This document shows positions 37,359 through 48,934 of a stretch of DNA of 64,000 bases, piece by piece. Under the pieces are notes generated by a model. The model saw only the letters and a program-made list of their open reading frames with translations. It had not been told where the DNA came from and did no database searches. How positions within the stretch are numbered: position 1 is the stretch's first letter; the number at the start of each line of letters is the position of its first letter. The position numbers and the translations under genes are program-made. Source of the stretch: Escherichia phage LHE83; the sequence record OQ561750. One strand, written 5' to 3'.

Positions 37359-37372
37359 ATATAGTTTATAAA

Positions 37373-37990
37373 ATGACTTGGATTAATCGTCAGGCTAATA
37401 ATATTAAGCCGTTTTCGTACATAGGTTCTAAAACTAATTGTACTTTTGAAAATGGCGTGATTATTGACTGTAAAGGTAAAGAGTATTGGACCTCTTGCGA
37501 GCAATCAAGATTTAAAGAGGCCATCGAAGAAGAAAAACCTATTGTTGAAATTTTGGCTATAACGCCATTTGATATTGTTATTAATATTGAACGTTCAGAA
37601 CAATTGGAAGTTCAAGCTAGAGATAATGATGATTATTTTAATTTGGTTTATGCCGGTGGCGGATTTGGAGTCTTTGGATGCACTCACCCAGCCAAACGTC
37701 CTGAAGTTAGAGCCCATATGAAAGCTGCTAACTATATGAATCAACCCGATTACCGTCCTTGGAAAACTTCTAGAGCAAACCCTTTAGATTGGATGCTTAG
37801 TGATATTGCTTATACTAATTATTGTATAATTAATTCTAGTGGAAGAGCTTGTGGATGGAGGCGTCTCATTAACTCTGGTATAAATGTTAGTGAAACTACA
37901 TCAAAGAGTATGATTAAACAATTTAATGAGGGTTGGGTTCCTAATGATGACCCTGAATTCATTAAGTTAAAAATGCTTTATTCGAAGTGA
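37373..37990 (+). CDS. hypothetical protein at the T4 segG position; weak GIY-YIG-like N-terminus
   Basis: 205 aa from ATG 37373; N-terminal ...NN.K..SYIGS resembles the second half of a GIY-YIG motif; start uncertain (track start is TTG at 37346). Confidence 0.4.
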   Translation: MTWINRQANNIKPFSYIGSKTNCTFENGVIIDCKGKEYWTSCEQSRFKEAIEEEKPIVEILAITPFDIVINIERSEQLEVQARDNDDYFNLVYAGGGFGVFGCTHPAKRPEVRAHMKAANYMNQPDYRPWKTSRANPLDWMLSDIAYTNYCIINSSGRACGWRRLINSGINVSETTSKSMIKQFNEGWVPNDDPEFIKLKMLYSK

Positions 37991-37998
37991 TATATAAT
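37974..37998 (+). promoter_or_regulatory. MotA-dependent middle promoter for gene 32
   Basis: TGCTTTA box, 12 nt, then TATAAT; overlaps the upstream ORF stop. Confidence 0.5.
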
Positions 37999-38029
37999 TA
38001 CTTCATCTTCAAAACCTAGTTATCAAGGT

Positions 38030-38088
38030 AAACGTGATAACAACAACTGTTAATAAATTTATTAAATATATCAAATAAGGTAAATAAT
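38030..38088 (+). promoter_or_regulatory. candidate gene 32 translational operator (AU-rich leader)
   Basis: GTGATAACAACAACTG followed by UUAAAUAAAUUUAUUAAAUAUAUCAAAUAAGGUAAAUAAU up to the ATG. Confidence 0.4.
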
Positions 38089-39000
38089 ATGTCTATGTTT
38101 AAACGCCGTAATCCTGCTGAACTTGCTGCTCAACTGTCTGCAATGAAAGGCGGCTCTTCTTTCTCGTCTGATGACAAATCCGAATGGAAATTGAAAGATG
38201 ACAATGGCGTAGGAACCGCAGTTATTCGATTCCTTCCTTCGAAAAACGAAGCTAATCCATCCCCATTCGTTAAGCTTGTTAACCATGGTTTTAAGAAAAA
38301 TGGTCAGTGGTATATCGAATCATGTACGTCTACTCATGGTGATTTCGATTCATGTCCTGTATGTAAATACATGAACCAGAATGATACCTTTAATACTAAT
38401 AATGCCGAATACAAACTGATGAAACGTAAAACTTCCTTCTGGGCTAACATCCTTGTTATTAAGGATAGTGCAGTACCTGCTAACGAAGGTAAAGTGTTTA
38501 AATTCCGTTTCGGTCAGAAAATTATGGATAAAATCAACCAGATGGTTGAAGTTGATACTGATATTGGTGAAGTGCCGGTTGACGTAACATGTCCGTTTGA
38601 TGGTGCGAACTTCGTACTGAAATCTAAGAAAGTTGGCGACTTCAAGAACTACGACGATTCCAAATTCATGGGTCAGTCTGAAATTCCTAACATCAATGAT
38701 GAAGCTTACCAAGCTAAATTGATGGAAGAAATGCACGACCTTTCTAAACTGCTCGATTTCAAATCATTCGAAACTAACGAAGCTAAGTTTAAGAAAGTTG
38801 TTGGTACAGCTGCTCTTGGTGGTGCTGCCGCTAAAGCTTCTGCAGCCGCTGATAAGATTGGTGATGACCTGGACGCATTCAGTGCAGACCTTGATGCATA
38901 TGACTCCAAACCATCTACACCGACTCGTTCCACTACTCCTGAGCCGTCAGTAAGTCCTTCTGATGACGATGGTCTGGACGACCTGTTAGCTGGTCTATAA
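38089..39000 (+). CDS. 32: ssDNA-binding protein gp32
   Basis: 303 aa; colinear with T4 gp32 as recalled (VIRFLPSKN, zinc site C..H..C..C, acidic C-terminal tail). Confidence 0.9.
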   Translation: MSMFKRRNPAELAAQLSAMKGGSSFSSDDKSEWKLKDDNGVGTAVIRFLPSKNEANPSPFVKLVNHGFKKNGQWYIESCTSTHGDFDSCPVCKYMNQNDTFNTNNAEYKLMKRKTSFWANILVIKDSAVPANEGKVFKFRFGQKIMDKINQMVEVDTDIGEVPVDVTCPFDGANFVLKSKKVGDFKNYDDSKFMGQSEIPNINDEAYQAKLMEEMHDLSKLLDFKSFETNEAKFKKVVGTAALGGAAAKASAAADKIGDDLDAFSADLDAYDSKPSTPTRSTTPEPSVSPSDDDGLDDLLAGL

Positions 39001-39016
39001 GTTATTGATTTATAAT

Positions 39017-39041
39017 GGGAAGACTTCGGTCTTCCCTTTTT
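39017..39041 (+). terminator. intrinsic terminator (GGGAAGAC-UUCG-GUCUUCCC plus U5)
   Basis: 8-bp stem, UUCG loop, TTTTT. Confidence 0.75.
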
Positions 39042-39052
39042 GGCATTTAACG

Positions 39053-39081
39053 GTTTACAATGCCTTTAAACGTGATACTAT
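39053..39081 (+). promoter_or_regulatory. early promoter (GTTTAC, 17 bp, TACTAT, AGACCTATCAACT)
   Basis: Near-identical to the promoter at 39764. Confidence 0.55.
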
Positions 39082-39109
39082 AGACCTATCAACTACATGA
39101 GGAAATAAA

Positions 39110-39499
39110 ATGGAAATCGGTAAAACTTATGAACTTCGTCCTGAATGCATTAAAGACTTTATTGAAATGGACGAATATGAAAATAATAAAAGCATGGTCA
39201 ACCTTATCCAAGACAACGGAGGTTGGTTTGAAGTAAAGGATATGTTGACTATGGATGGCGACAAATTTGTGACTGAAATCGAATGTGCTAACGGCGAGAT
39301 TTATAATGCATTTGGGTTGGTGCCAAATTATTTTGAGTTGCATGAAGATGAGTTCTATTGCTTCCGTGAATATGTTGTGGAAGATAAAGAAATCGATGAG
39401 CCTATTGCTAAGGCCGGTGTGACTCAAATCCATTGCATTGTCACCGAACAGAACGTTGACCAAATCATTGAACTTTTGCAAAAAACTTTTAAGGCCTAA
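39110..39499 (+). CDS. hypothetical protein (129 aa), paralogue of 40112-40489
   Basis: Shared pattern M..GK.Y.L.P...F...YFEL.E.EF...TF with the later ORF. Confidence 0.5.
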   Translation: MEIGKTYELRPECIKDFIEMDEYENNKSMVNLIQDNGGWFEVKDMLTMDGDKFVTEIECANGEIYNAFGLVPNYFELHEDEFYCFREYVVEDKEIDEPIAKAGVTQIHCIVTEQNVDQIIELLQKTFKA

Positions 39500-39500
39500 T

Positions 39501-39761
39501 ATGACTAAAGATGATTTCCTGGATGCAGTAGAAAAAGCCAGTGAGAAATTTGAAGTGATGGGTGTACGGGTTCATAAAGACCGAAATTACGGGCTCGATA
39601 TCCAAACTTATTCATTATGGCTTGTAGGTGAACATAGTCTTGTAACCACCTTAGTTATGGGTGTTGATGCCCAACCTTTACTGGTTAAATTTAGAAGTAT
39701 GGAAAAAGCTACCAAAGAAATGATTAAACTTGGTAAATGGCTTGATAAAATTCAAAAATAA
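39501..39761 (+). CDS. hypothetical protein (86 aa)
   Basis: ATG with AAGG SD immediately after upstream stop. Confidence 0.45.
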   Translation: MTKDDFLDAVEKASEKFEVMGVRVHKDRNYGLDIQTYSLWLVGEHSLVTTLVMGVDAQPLLVKFRSMEKATKEMIKLGKWLDKIQK

Positions 39762-39763
39762 AT

Positions 39764-39792
39764 GTTTACAACGCCTTTAAACATGATACTAT
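39764..39792 (+). promoter_or_regulatory. early promoter (GTTTAC, 17 bp, TACTAT, AGACCTATCAACT)
   Basis: Duplicate of the 39053 promoter. Confidence 0.55.
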
Positions 39793-39824
39793 AGACCTAT
39801 CAACTAATGAGTGAGGAAAATAAA

Positions 39825-40052
39825 ATGGCTAAGGTTAATATTGATATCGTTGATTTTGAATACACTTACGAAGTTATCCGTAATCGTTATCCTTCTTTAG
39901 TTATGACCCATATTAAAGATACCCAATTCTGTAGTATGCAAATTGAAGTCCAAGGTCCTCTTGAAGACCTTACCCGCTTTATGGCTGACGAGTATTGTGA
40001 CGGTATGCACCCGGAAGACGCTAAATTTTATATGGGCTTGATTCAAGCTTAG
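39825..40052 (+). CDS. hypothetical protein (75 aa)
   Basis: ATG with GAGGAAAA SD; track start 39807 has no SD. Confidence 0.45.
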   Translation: MAKVNIDIVDFEYTYEVIRNRYPSLVMTHIKDTQFCSMQIEVQGPLEDLTRFMADEYCDGMHPEDAKFYMGLIQA

Positions 40053-40081
40053 TGTACAAACCAACGGGAACATATTATCAT
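40052..40081 (+). promoter_or_regulatory. candidate early promoter with hairpin (GTGTAC; arms GGGAACAT / ATGTTCCC)
   Basis: Inverted repeat 40066-40073 and 40080-40087 around a TATTAT-like -10; spacing suboptimal. Confidence 0.3.
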
Positions 40082-40111
40082 GTTCCCTCAATTGAATATG
40101 AGGAAATTAAA

Positions 40112-40489
40112 ATGATGGAAACTGGTAAATTTTACGTATTAGACCCTGCCGCTAAAAAACAATTCATCGCGGGTAGTCCTGATGATAATTATAATTCGTG
40201 CATAGTCAAGTTGATGGAACAGCATGGCAATTCCTTCAAAGTCCTGGATATGTGTTATATTGAAGGCAGTTATTTTGTTGAAAAAGTTGAAATGAAAGAT
40301 GGTACCATCCTGAATAGTATGGGCGGTGCTGATGAGTACTTTGAACTCGGTGAATGGGAATTCTGTCACTTCCTGGAAGTTGATGGCGATGTTCCTGATG
40401 TTGATACCCAAACCATTCATGTACAAGTCAATCACAAAAATGCCGCTGAAGTCATTGCCCTGATTAAAGCAACTTTTGATATTCAGTAA
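40112..40489 (+). CDS. hypothetical protein (125 aa), paralogue of 39110-39499
   Basis: ATG with GAGGAAA SD. Confidence 0.5.
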   Translation: MMETGKFYVLDPAAKKQFIAGSPDDNYNSCIVKLMEQHGNSFKVLDMCYIEGSYFVEKVEMKDGTILNSMGGADEYFELGEWEFCHFLEVDGDVPDVDTQTIHVQVNHKNAAEVIALIKATFDIQ

Positions 40490-40495
40490 AAAGTA

Positions 40496-40525
40496 GTATA
40501 CACCCAAATGGGGCTATGATATAAT
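40496..40525 (+). promoter_or_regulatory. early promoter (GTATAC, 18 bp, TATAAT)
   Basis: Consensus -10; partial inverted repeat around it. Confidence 0.45.
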
Positions 40526-40565
40526 GGTCCCATACTGAGATAACAACTAAACACCGGAGAATAAA

Positions 40566-42248
<1,683 letters not shown>

Positions 42249-42305
42249 AAATTCAAATAATCTGTACTCTGTTTTTGGTTATTATGGTCGGACTGAATTT
42301 CATTC

Positions 42306-42313
42306 TATAAATA
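42306..42313 (+). promoter_or_regulatory. TATAAATA late-promoter-like element upstream of nrdA
   Basis: Exact TATAAATA about 64 nt upstream of nrdA ATG; followed by inverted repeat GTTCTA / TAGAAC. Confidence 0.35.
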
Positions 42314-42376
42314 TCAGTCCATGCTTAACAGGTTCTATGATAGAATAATTGTAGAACCTAACACATTGAGGAAATT

Positions 42377-44632
42377 ATGCAAGTACAAAAAAGTAGTGGT
42401 GTATCCCAAGATTTTGACGCACAAAAAATTATTAAAGTTCTGACTTGGGGCTGTGAAGGAACCCAAATCGACCCCTATGAATTATACGAAGAAATCAAAT
42501 CTCACCTTCGTGATGGTATGACTACCAAAGATATCCAGAATCTGACTGTTAAGGTCGCAGCCAACCTTATTTCGGTTGAAGAACCTGACTATCAGTATGT
42601 TGCTGCAAAGCAATTGATGTTTGCACTGCGTAAAGAAGTTTACGGCCAGTTCGAACCACGTAGCTTTATCGACCATATTTCCTATTGTGTTAACGAAGGT
42701 AAATATGACCCTGAATTGTTGTCTCGATATTCTGCAGAAGAAATTACTTTCTTAGAATCTCATATAAAGCATGAACGCGATTTCGAATTGACTTATGCTG
42801 GTGCGATGCAGCTTAAAGAGAAATATCTGGTTAAAGATAAAACAACCGGTAAAATCTACGAAACCCCTCAGTTCGCTATCATGTGTATTGGTATGGCCTT
42901 ACACCAAGACGAGCCAGGTAATCGTTTAGCACATATTATTCGTTTTTATGATGCTGTAAGTACCCGTCAGGTTTCATTACCAACTCCTATTATGGCTGGA
43001 GCACGTACACCAACCCGTCAATTTAGTTCTTGTGTGGTTATTGAAGCAGGCGACTCACTGAAATCTATTAACAAAACTGCTAACTCAATAATTGAATACA
43101 TTTCTAAACGTGCCGGTATTGGTATCAACGTTGGTATGATTCGTGCTGAAGGTTCTCGTATTGGCATGGGCGAAGTCAAGCATACCGGTGTTATTCCATT
43201 CTGGAAACATTTCCAGACTGCTGTTAAATCATGTTCACAAGGTGGAATCCGTGGCGGCGCTGCTACTGCTTATTATCCTATTTGGCATTTGGAAGTTGAA
43301 AATCTGCTCGTTCTGAAAAACAACAAAGGTGTCGATGAGAACCGTATTCGCCATATGGACTACGGAATCCAGATGAACGACCTTATGATGGAACGTTTCG
43401 GTAAAAATGATTACATCACGTTGTTTAGTCCTCATGAAATGGGTGGTGAGCTTTACTATTCTTATTTCGAAGACCAAGACCGTTTCCGTGAATTGTATGA
43501 AGCCGCAGAAAAAGACCCTAGTATTCGTAAGAAACGTATTAAGGCACGCGACCTTTTCGAATTGTTCATGACTGAACGTTCAGGCACTGCACGAATTTAT
43601 CCTCAGTTCGTTGATAACACTAACAACTTCACACCATTTATTCGTGAAAAAGCTCCTATTCGTCAGAGCAACTTGTGTTGTGAAATTGCTATCCCGACTA
43701 CTGACGTGAATAGTCCTGACGCTGAAATTGGTTTGTGTACGTTGTCTGCATTCGTATTGGATAACTTCGATTGGCAGGACCAAGACAAAATCAACGAGCT
43801 GGCTGAAGTACAAGTACGTGCACTTGATAACCTGTTGGACTATCAAGATTATCCTGTTCCTGAAGCTCTGAAGGCTAAGAAACGTCGTAACCTGGGTGTT
43901 GGTGTTACGAACTACGCCGCTTGGTTAGCAAGCAACTTTGCTTCTTATGAAGACGCTAACGATTTAACTCATGAATTGTTTGAGAGATTACAATATGGAC
44001 TTATCCGAGCATCCATCAAGCTGGCCGAAGAAAAAGGACATTGCGAGTATTATTCAGACACTAAATGGTCTCGAGGCGAATTACCTATCGACTGGTACAA
44101 TAAAAAGATTGACCAAATCGCAGCCCCTAACTATGTTTGTGACTGGACGTCGTTGCGGGAAGACTTGGCTAAACATGGCATCCGTAATAGCACATTATCA
44201 GCACTTATGCCGTGTGAATCAAGCAGCCAGGTTTCCAACTCTACAAACGGTATCGAACCTCCACGTGGTCCGGTAAGTATTAAAGAATCTAAAGAAGGTA
44301 ACTTCCGTCAGGTAGTTCCTAATGTAGAACATAACCAAGGACTCTACGATTACGCTTGGAGCCTCGCTAAGAAAGGTAATAAACCTTATCTTACCCAAGT
44401 GGCAATAGCGTTGAAATGGGTGTGTCAATCGGCATCAGCTAATACATATTATGACCCACAGATTTTTCCAAAAGGAAAAGTTCCGATGTCGGTAATGCTT
44501 GACGACCTGCTGTATTTCTGGTACTACGGTGGTAAGAACCTTTACTATCATAATACCCGTGATGGCTCTGGTACTGATGACTATGAAATCGAAACTCCTA
44601 AAGCCGATGATTGTGCAGCTTGTAAATTGTAA
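42377..44632 (+). CDS. nrdA: ribonucleotide reductase class Ia alpha subunit
   Basis: 751 aa; ATP-cone N-terminus, active-site NLCCEI motif, C-terminal CAACKL. Confidence 0.9.
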   Translation: MQVQKSSGVSQDFDAQKIIKVLTWGCEGTQIDPYELYEEIKSHLRDGMTTKDIQNLTVKVAANLISVEEPDYQYVAAKQLMFALRKEVYGQFEPRSFIDHISYCVNEGKYDPELLSRYSAEEITFLESHIKHERDFELTYAGAMQLKEKYLVKDKTTGKIYETPQFAIMCIGMALHQDEPGNRLAHIIRFYDAVSTRQVSLPTPIMAGARTPTRQFSSCVVIEAGDSLKSINKTANSIIEYISKRAGIGINVGMIRAEGSRIGMGEVKHTGVIPFWKHFQTAVKSCSQGGIRGGAATAYYPIWHLEVENLLVLKNNKGVDENRIRHMDYGIQMNDLMMERFGKNDYITLFSPHEMGGELYYSYFEDQDRFRELYEAAEKDPSIRKKRIKARDLFELFMTERSGTARIYPQFVDNTNNFTPFIREKAPIRQSNLCCEIAIPTTDVNSPDAEIGLCTLSAFVLDNFDWQDQDKINELAEVQVRALDNLLDYQDYPVPEALKAKKRRNLGVGVTNYAAWLASNFASYEDANDLTHELFERLQYGLIRASIKLAEEKGHCEYYSDTKWSRGELPIDWYNKKIDQIAAPNYVCDWTSLREDLAKHGIRNSTLSALMPCESSSQVSNSTNGIEPPRGPVSIKESKEGNFRQVVPNVEHNQGLYDYAWSLAKKGNKPYLTQVAIALKWVCQSASANTYYDPQIFPKGKVPMSVMLDDLLYFWYYGGKNLYYHNTRDGSGTDDYEIETPKADDCAACKL

Positions 44633-45273
44633 TGAATTATCAAAAAATCTATAACAACCTAATTTCCCGAGCTCAGGCTCGGGAACCTTTATCTGAATAT
44701 AAAGAGAATCATCACATAATCCCTAGATGTTTAGGTGGTTCTGATGATAAGGAAAATCTGGTTTATCTTACTGGGCGCGAGCACTTTATTGCACACTGGC
44801 TTCTTACAAAGTTTAATGATTATCCAGGCCTCAACCAAGCCTTTGGCATGATGTGTCTCACTAATAAAAATAGGCAATATAATGTTTCTTCTAGGTTATA
44901 CGAAATAGGTAAAAAGCTTTTATCGGAAGCCATGACTGGTAAAGAAATGGCTGAAGAGACTAAGAAGAAAATTAGTGAGACTATGAAAGGAAGGGAATTT
45001 ACCGAAGAGCATTTGGCTCGCATGAGAAAGCCTAAAACCGAAGAAGCTAAAAAGAATATAGCTTCTGCCAAAGTTGGTGCGCTTAATCCTATGTATGGTA
45101 CAATTTCTCCTACAAGAGATGTCCCTCATACTAAAGAGACATGTGATTTAATTTCTTTGAAGACCAAAGAGAGAACAGACTATCCACCTTGCCCACATTG
45201 TGGCAAGAAAGTTAACAAAGGTAATGCTTTAAGATGGCATTACGATAAATGCAAATTTAAGGATTCTAAATGA
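44632..45273 (+). CDS. mobE: HNH homing endonuclease, MobE-like
   Basis: 213 aa; HNH motif HHIIPRCLGGSDDKENLVYLTGREH; C-terminal CPHCGK zinc knuckle; between nrdA and nrdB as T4 mobE. Confidence 0.7.
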   Translation: MNYQKIYNNLISRAQAREPLSEYKENHHIIPRCLGGSDDKENLVYLTGREHFIAHWLLTKFNDYPGLNQAFGMMCLTNKNRQYNVSSRLYEIGKKLLSEAMTGKEMAEETKKKISETMKGREFTEEHLARMRKPKTEEAKKNIASAKVGALNPMYGTISPTRDVPHTKETCDLISLKTKERTDYPPCPHCGKKVNKGNALRWHYDKCKFKDSK

Positions 45274-46448
45274 GTACAGTTTTTAATACCGAACAGGTTG
45301 ATGTTTTATCAGAACCTATGTTCTTTGGTTCAGGATTAGGATTGGCCCGTTATGACATCCAGCGCCATAAAGTATTTGAAGAACTCTGTGAAAAGCAACT
45401 CGGATTTTTTTGGAGACCCGAGGAAGTTAACTTGATGATGGACGGTGCTCAATTTAATAAGCTTCCACAATTCCAACAAAATATTTTTACCAATAACCTG
45501 AAGTATCAATCACTTCTGGATAGTATCCAAGGACGTGCTCCTTCTGCTGCACTTCAAGCCTTGATTTCAGACCCTAGCCTTGATACATGGGTGGCTACAT
45601 GGACCTTTAGTGAGACTATTCACTCTCGTTCATATACCCATATCATGCGTAACCTCTATACAGACCCGTCAAAGGTATTTGATGAAATTCTGTTAGATGA
45701 CGCTATTATGAAACGTGCTGAATCTATTGGTCGTTATTACGACGACGTTATTGAGAAAACTCGCTATTGGCAGAATGCTAAAGCTGATATCGAATACCAA
45801 AAAGAAATTAATGCAGACGAAGACGATATTGAAGATGCTATTGAGCATGAGATGTATTGGAAGCGTGAGCTAATGAAATCCCTTTACCTTTGCCTTCATG
45901 TAATCAACGCATTGGAAGCTATTCGTTTTTATGTATCTTTCGCATGCACCTTTAACTTCCATAAAAACATGGAAATCATGGAAGGTAATGCTAAGATTAT
46001 GAAGTTCATTGCACGTGATGAACAGCTTCACCTTAAGGGTACCCAGTACATTATTCGTCAACTTCAACTTGGTACTGATGGTGATGAATGGGTTAAAATT
46101 GCTCAAGAGTGTGAACAAGAAGCAGTTGATATTTTCATGGAAGTTAACCGTCAAGAAAAAGAATGGGCAGCTCACCTGTTCAAAGATGGTACTTGCCCTG
46201 GATTAAATACTCAGAACATGGGTGCTTTTGTCGATTACCTGACAGTTTCTCGTATGAAGCAATGTGGCTTACCGTGTCCTATTACCGATGCTCCTGCCCG
46301 CCATCCTTATCCTTGGATTCGCGAATACCTGAACTCTGATGCTGTACAGGCTGCTCCTCAGGAAGTGGAAATCAGTTCTTACCTTGTAGCACAAATTGAT
46401 AACGATGTCGATGAAAAAGTAATGGCATCGTACAAGAAATATTTTTAA
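45270..46448 (+). CDS. nrdB: ribonucleotide reductase class Ia beta subunit, uninterrupted
   Basis: 392 aa; di-iron/tyrosyl-radical subunit motifs; continuous ORF. Confidence 0.9.
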   Translation: MSTVFNTEQVDVLSEPMFFGSGLGLARYDIQRHKVFEELCEKQLGFFWRPEEVNLMMDGAQFNKLPQFQQNIFTNNLKYQSLLDSIQGRAPSAALQALISDPSLDTWVATWTFSETIHSRSYTHIMRNLYTDPSKVFDEILLDDAIMKRAESIGRYYDDVIEKTRYWQNAKADIEYQKEINADEDDIEDAIEHEMYWKRELMKSLYLCLHVINALEAIRFYVSFACTFNFHKNMEIMEGNAKIMKFIARDEQLHLKGTQYIIRQLQLGTDGDEWVKIAQECEQEAVDIFMEVNRQEKEWAAHLFKDGTCPGLNTQNMGAFVDYLTVSRMKQCGLPCPITDAPARHPYPWIREYLNSDAVQAAPQEVEISSYLVAQIDNDVDEKVMASYKKYF

Positions 46449-46453
46449 GGAAT

Positions 46454-46470
46454 GGGGCTTCGGCCCCTTA
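46454..46470 (+). terminator. hairpin (GGGGC-UUCG-GCCCC) with short U-rich tail
   Basis: GC stem and UUCG loop between nrdB stop and denA start. Confidence 0.45.
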
Positions 46471-46475
46471 TTGCT

Positions 46476-46889
46476 ATGAAAGAAATCGCAGACGAATTTA
46501 GCTTTATCAAGTACGTCACCCTAGAACTCCAAGATGACGCCAGCATTGCTCCACTCACAGTACCAAATAAACAAAATGTCATATATGCTATAGCGGTTGA
46601 TGATATACTAGTCTACATCGGGAAGACTAAAAATCTTCGTAAGCGCATCAACTACTACCGAACCGCTATTAATCGTAAGGACCAAACGTCAGATTCGACC
46701 AAGTCCATTCTGATTCATGAAGCATTAATGGCAGGTAAAAAGGTAGAGTTCTATGCACGGCAGTGCTTTAATCTGTCGATGACTAACGAACTTGGAACTA
46801 TGTCAGTTGAGACCATGTCTCTTGAAGAGCCAATGTTCATAAAGAAATTTAATCCACCTTGGAATACCCAACATAGGATAAAGCAATGA
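46476..46889 (+). CDS. denA: endonuclease II (GIY-YIG family)
   Basis: 137 aa from ATG 46476; near-colinear with T4 DenA as recalled (MKEIA.E.SFIKY, NVIYAIA..D.LVYIGKTKNLRKRINYYR). Confidence 0.85.
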   Translation: MKEIADEFSFIKYVTLELQDDASIAPLTVPNKQNVIYAIAVDDILVYIGKTKNLRKRINYYRTAINRKDQTSDSTKSILIHEALMAGKKVEFYARQCFNLSMTNELGTMSVETMSLEEPMFIKKFNPPWNTQHRIKQ

Positions 46890-48034
46890 TTGAATTATAT
46901 GATAACTTGATGGCCCTGGTTAAAAACTCGACTAAATCTAAGTTCTTCTTTAAAGACTTTCAGAGTGCGCTAGGAGTCAACTATCGCATCTTTAGTTATA
47001 ACTATGCATCGTACAGTGATTGGTTGGAAGACGGCGCACTAGAGTGCCGAGGCATTATGTTTGAAATGGACGAGAACGGTCCAGTACGTATTGCTGCTCG
47101 TCCTATGCAAAAGTTCTTTAACCTTGACGAAAACCCTCTGACCATCGGTCTAGATTTGTCACCAGAAAATATTGACCTCGTAATGGCTAAGGAAGATGGT
47201 TCTCTGATTTCTACATTCATGGACCGACAGTATCTTTCTGTTAAATCTAAAGGCTCTATCCATTCATCAATGGTGCATGATTCTTTACGGTTCCTTCGTC
47301 TCCCTGAGAACGAGGCCTTTGCCGCACGTCTAGAAGAAATCACCAAAGCTGGGTATACCTGCAACCTTGAATATGTAGCACCTACCAACCGTATCGTTCT
47401 GGCTTACCAAGAAACAAACCTCATCCTGTTGAACGTTCGTAATAATGAAACAGGTGAATATATTCCGTATGCTGAATTGTTTAAAGATGGTGCCCTGCGT
47501 AAGCATTTGGTTGAAAGCTATGACCTCGCTGAAGGTGATTTCGTAGAAAACATCCGTAAGAAGGAAGGCATTGAAGGTTTCATCTTTGTACTGAAAGATG
47601 GTACGTTCTTTAAACTCAAAACCGCCTGGTACAGTGCACTGCATCATACCAAAGATTCCATTAACAACAACGAACGTTTGTTTGAAGTTGTAGTGGCTGG
47701 TGGAACTGATGACCTTCGTGGTCTGTTCAGTACAGATTCCTTTGCTATCGAGAAAATCGATGCCTTTGAACGCATCCATTTAGATTACCTAGAACAATCA
47801 TTAGCCTTGTTAGAAGCAGCTTACTCTCAACTCAAAGGTCGCGACCGTAAAGACTATGCCGTTACTGGACAGCTAATCCTTAAGGACTTCCCAGGGTTGT
47901 TCTCTATTCTTATGCAGGCGTACGTAGGTGGTATTAATTACGATACGGTTGTAGACCAGATTAACTCTGTGTTCTTGAAAAATCATAAGGCCCAAATCCC
48001 TGAAAAATATTTGAAAGAAATTGTGGTAGAGTAG
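46886..48034 (+). CDS. rnlA: RNA ligase 1
   Basis: 382 aa; ligase motif I KEDGSL; colinear with T4 Rnl1 as recalled (YRIFSYNYASYSDW, ECRGIMFEMD). Confidence 0.85.
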   Translation: MIELYDNLMALVKNSTKSKFFFKDFQSALGVNYRIFSYNYASYSDWLEDGALECRGIMFEMDENGPVRIAARPMQKFFNLDENPLTIGLDLSPENIDLVMAKEDGSLISTFMDRQYLSVKSKGSIHSSMVHDSLRFLRLPENEAFAARLEEITKAGYTCNLEYVAPTNRIVLAYQETNLILLNVRNNETGEYIPYAELFKDGALRKHLVESYDLAEGDFVENIRKKEGIEGFIFVLKDGTFFKLKTAWYSALHHTKDSINNNERLFEVVVAGGTDDLRGLFSTDSFAIEKIDAFERIHLDYLEQSLALLEAAYSQLKGRDRKDYAVTGQLILKDFPGLFSILMQAYVGGINYDTVVDQINSVFLKNHKAQIPEKYLKEIVVE

Positions 48035-48062
48035 TTTACATCTCCTCATGATGTGTTAGTAT
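48034..48062 (+). promoter_or_regulatory. early promoter in hairpin cassette (GTTTAC, 17 bp, TAGTAT)
   Basis: Arms CTCCTCAT (48042-48049) and ATGAGGAG (48077-48084); 3' arm is the SD. Confidence 0.55.
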
Positions 48063-48092
48063 AGACTTACCAACTAATGAGGAGAAAACAAA

Positions 48093-48593
48093 ATGAATAT
48101 GCAAATGATTACTAACGAAATGGTTGTTAAGGCTTTTGGTGACTCTACTGACGGTATCCAAGTTTTTAAAGGTTCTCGTGCAGTAGGTTACCTGACCGAT
48201 CTTCGTGTTACTTTAGCCAAAAATGCTAAAAAGAAAATCAAGCAAAAAGAATACTCTACCCGTTATGCTGAAGAAAAGCGTGAAGCCATGCCTGAAGCTG
48301 TCAACTCTATGGTTGAGTTTCTCCAAAACAACCTTTCCAAGTACGATGCCGAGGTATTCATTAACATCAGCCAGCCTAATGTTAAAATCTCAGGCATCAC
48401 GTTCTATTTGATTTGCGACCCATTAAGCGACAAGTTTAATCGCCTTGGCATTTCAAGTCCTTACCATACCGCTGAAGAATTGTGTTTTATGTTCGAAACG
48501 TACAAAATTCAGTGTGAAAATCCTAAAACAGTTCTTATTAATTCCCTGTCACGTGATGACATCATCGAGATTATTACCAAATGTCTAAATTAA
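48093..48593 (+). CDS. alc: hypothetical protein (166 aa) at the T4 alc position
   Basis: Size and position match T4 Alc; sequence not verified. Confidence 0.4.
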   Translation: MNMQMITNEMVVKAFGDSTDGIQVFKGSRAVGYLTDLRVTLAKNAKKKIKQKEYSTRYAEEKREAMPEAVNSMVEFLQNNLSKYDAEVFINISQPNVKISGITFYLICDPLSDKFNRLGISSPYHTAEELCFMFETYKIQCENPKTVLINSLSRDDIIEIITKCLN

Positions 48594-48934
48594 GTATTTA
48601 CCTTTTAGCTGGAGCCATTGCAGTAGGTGCTTACGGTTTTATTTCGTATCAATCAAGTCGTATTGATACCCTTACTGAAGAACTGAAAACTACCCAGCAA
48701 ACGGCAAAACAGAACGCTGAAGCTGTAGAGGACCTTCGTGGTCAATACTCTGATATTGAATTCCGTACTACTGAAATGAATGCCCTAATGGATAAAATTA
48801 AGGTAGAAAATGAAAAGCTCCGTAAAGATTCGAAGAAGGCGCACGTGGTGGCAAGTAAGCCAGGACTGGTCGAAAAACAAATCAACAAGTCCTTCGATTC
48901 CTTTACAGAAGACTTCAGGAGCATTACAGAATGA
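48581..48934 (+). CDS. i-spanin (Rz-like; T4 pseT.3 position)
   Basis: 117 aa; N-terminal TM helix then coiled-coil-like charged region. Confidence 0.6.
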   Translation: MSKLSIYLLAGAIAVGAYGFISYQSSRIDTLTEELKTTQQTAKQNAEAVEDLRGQYSDIEFRTTEMNALMDKIKVENEKLRKDSKKAHVVASKPGLVEKQINKSFDSFTEDFRSITE

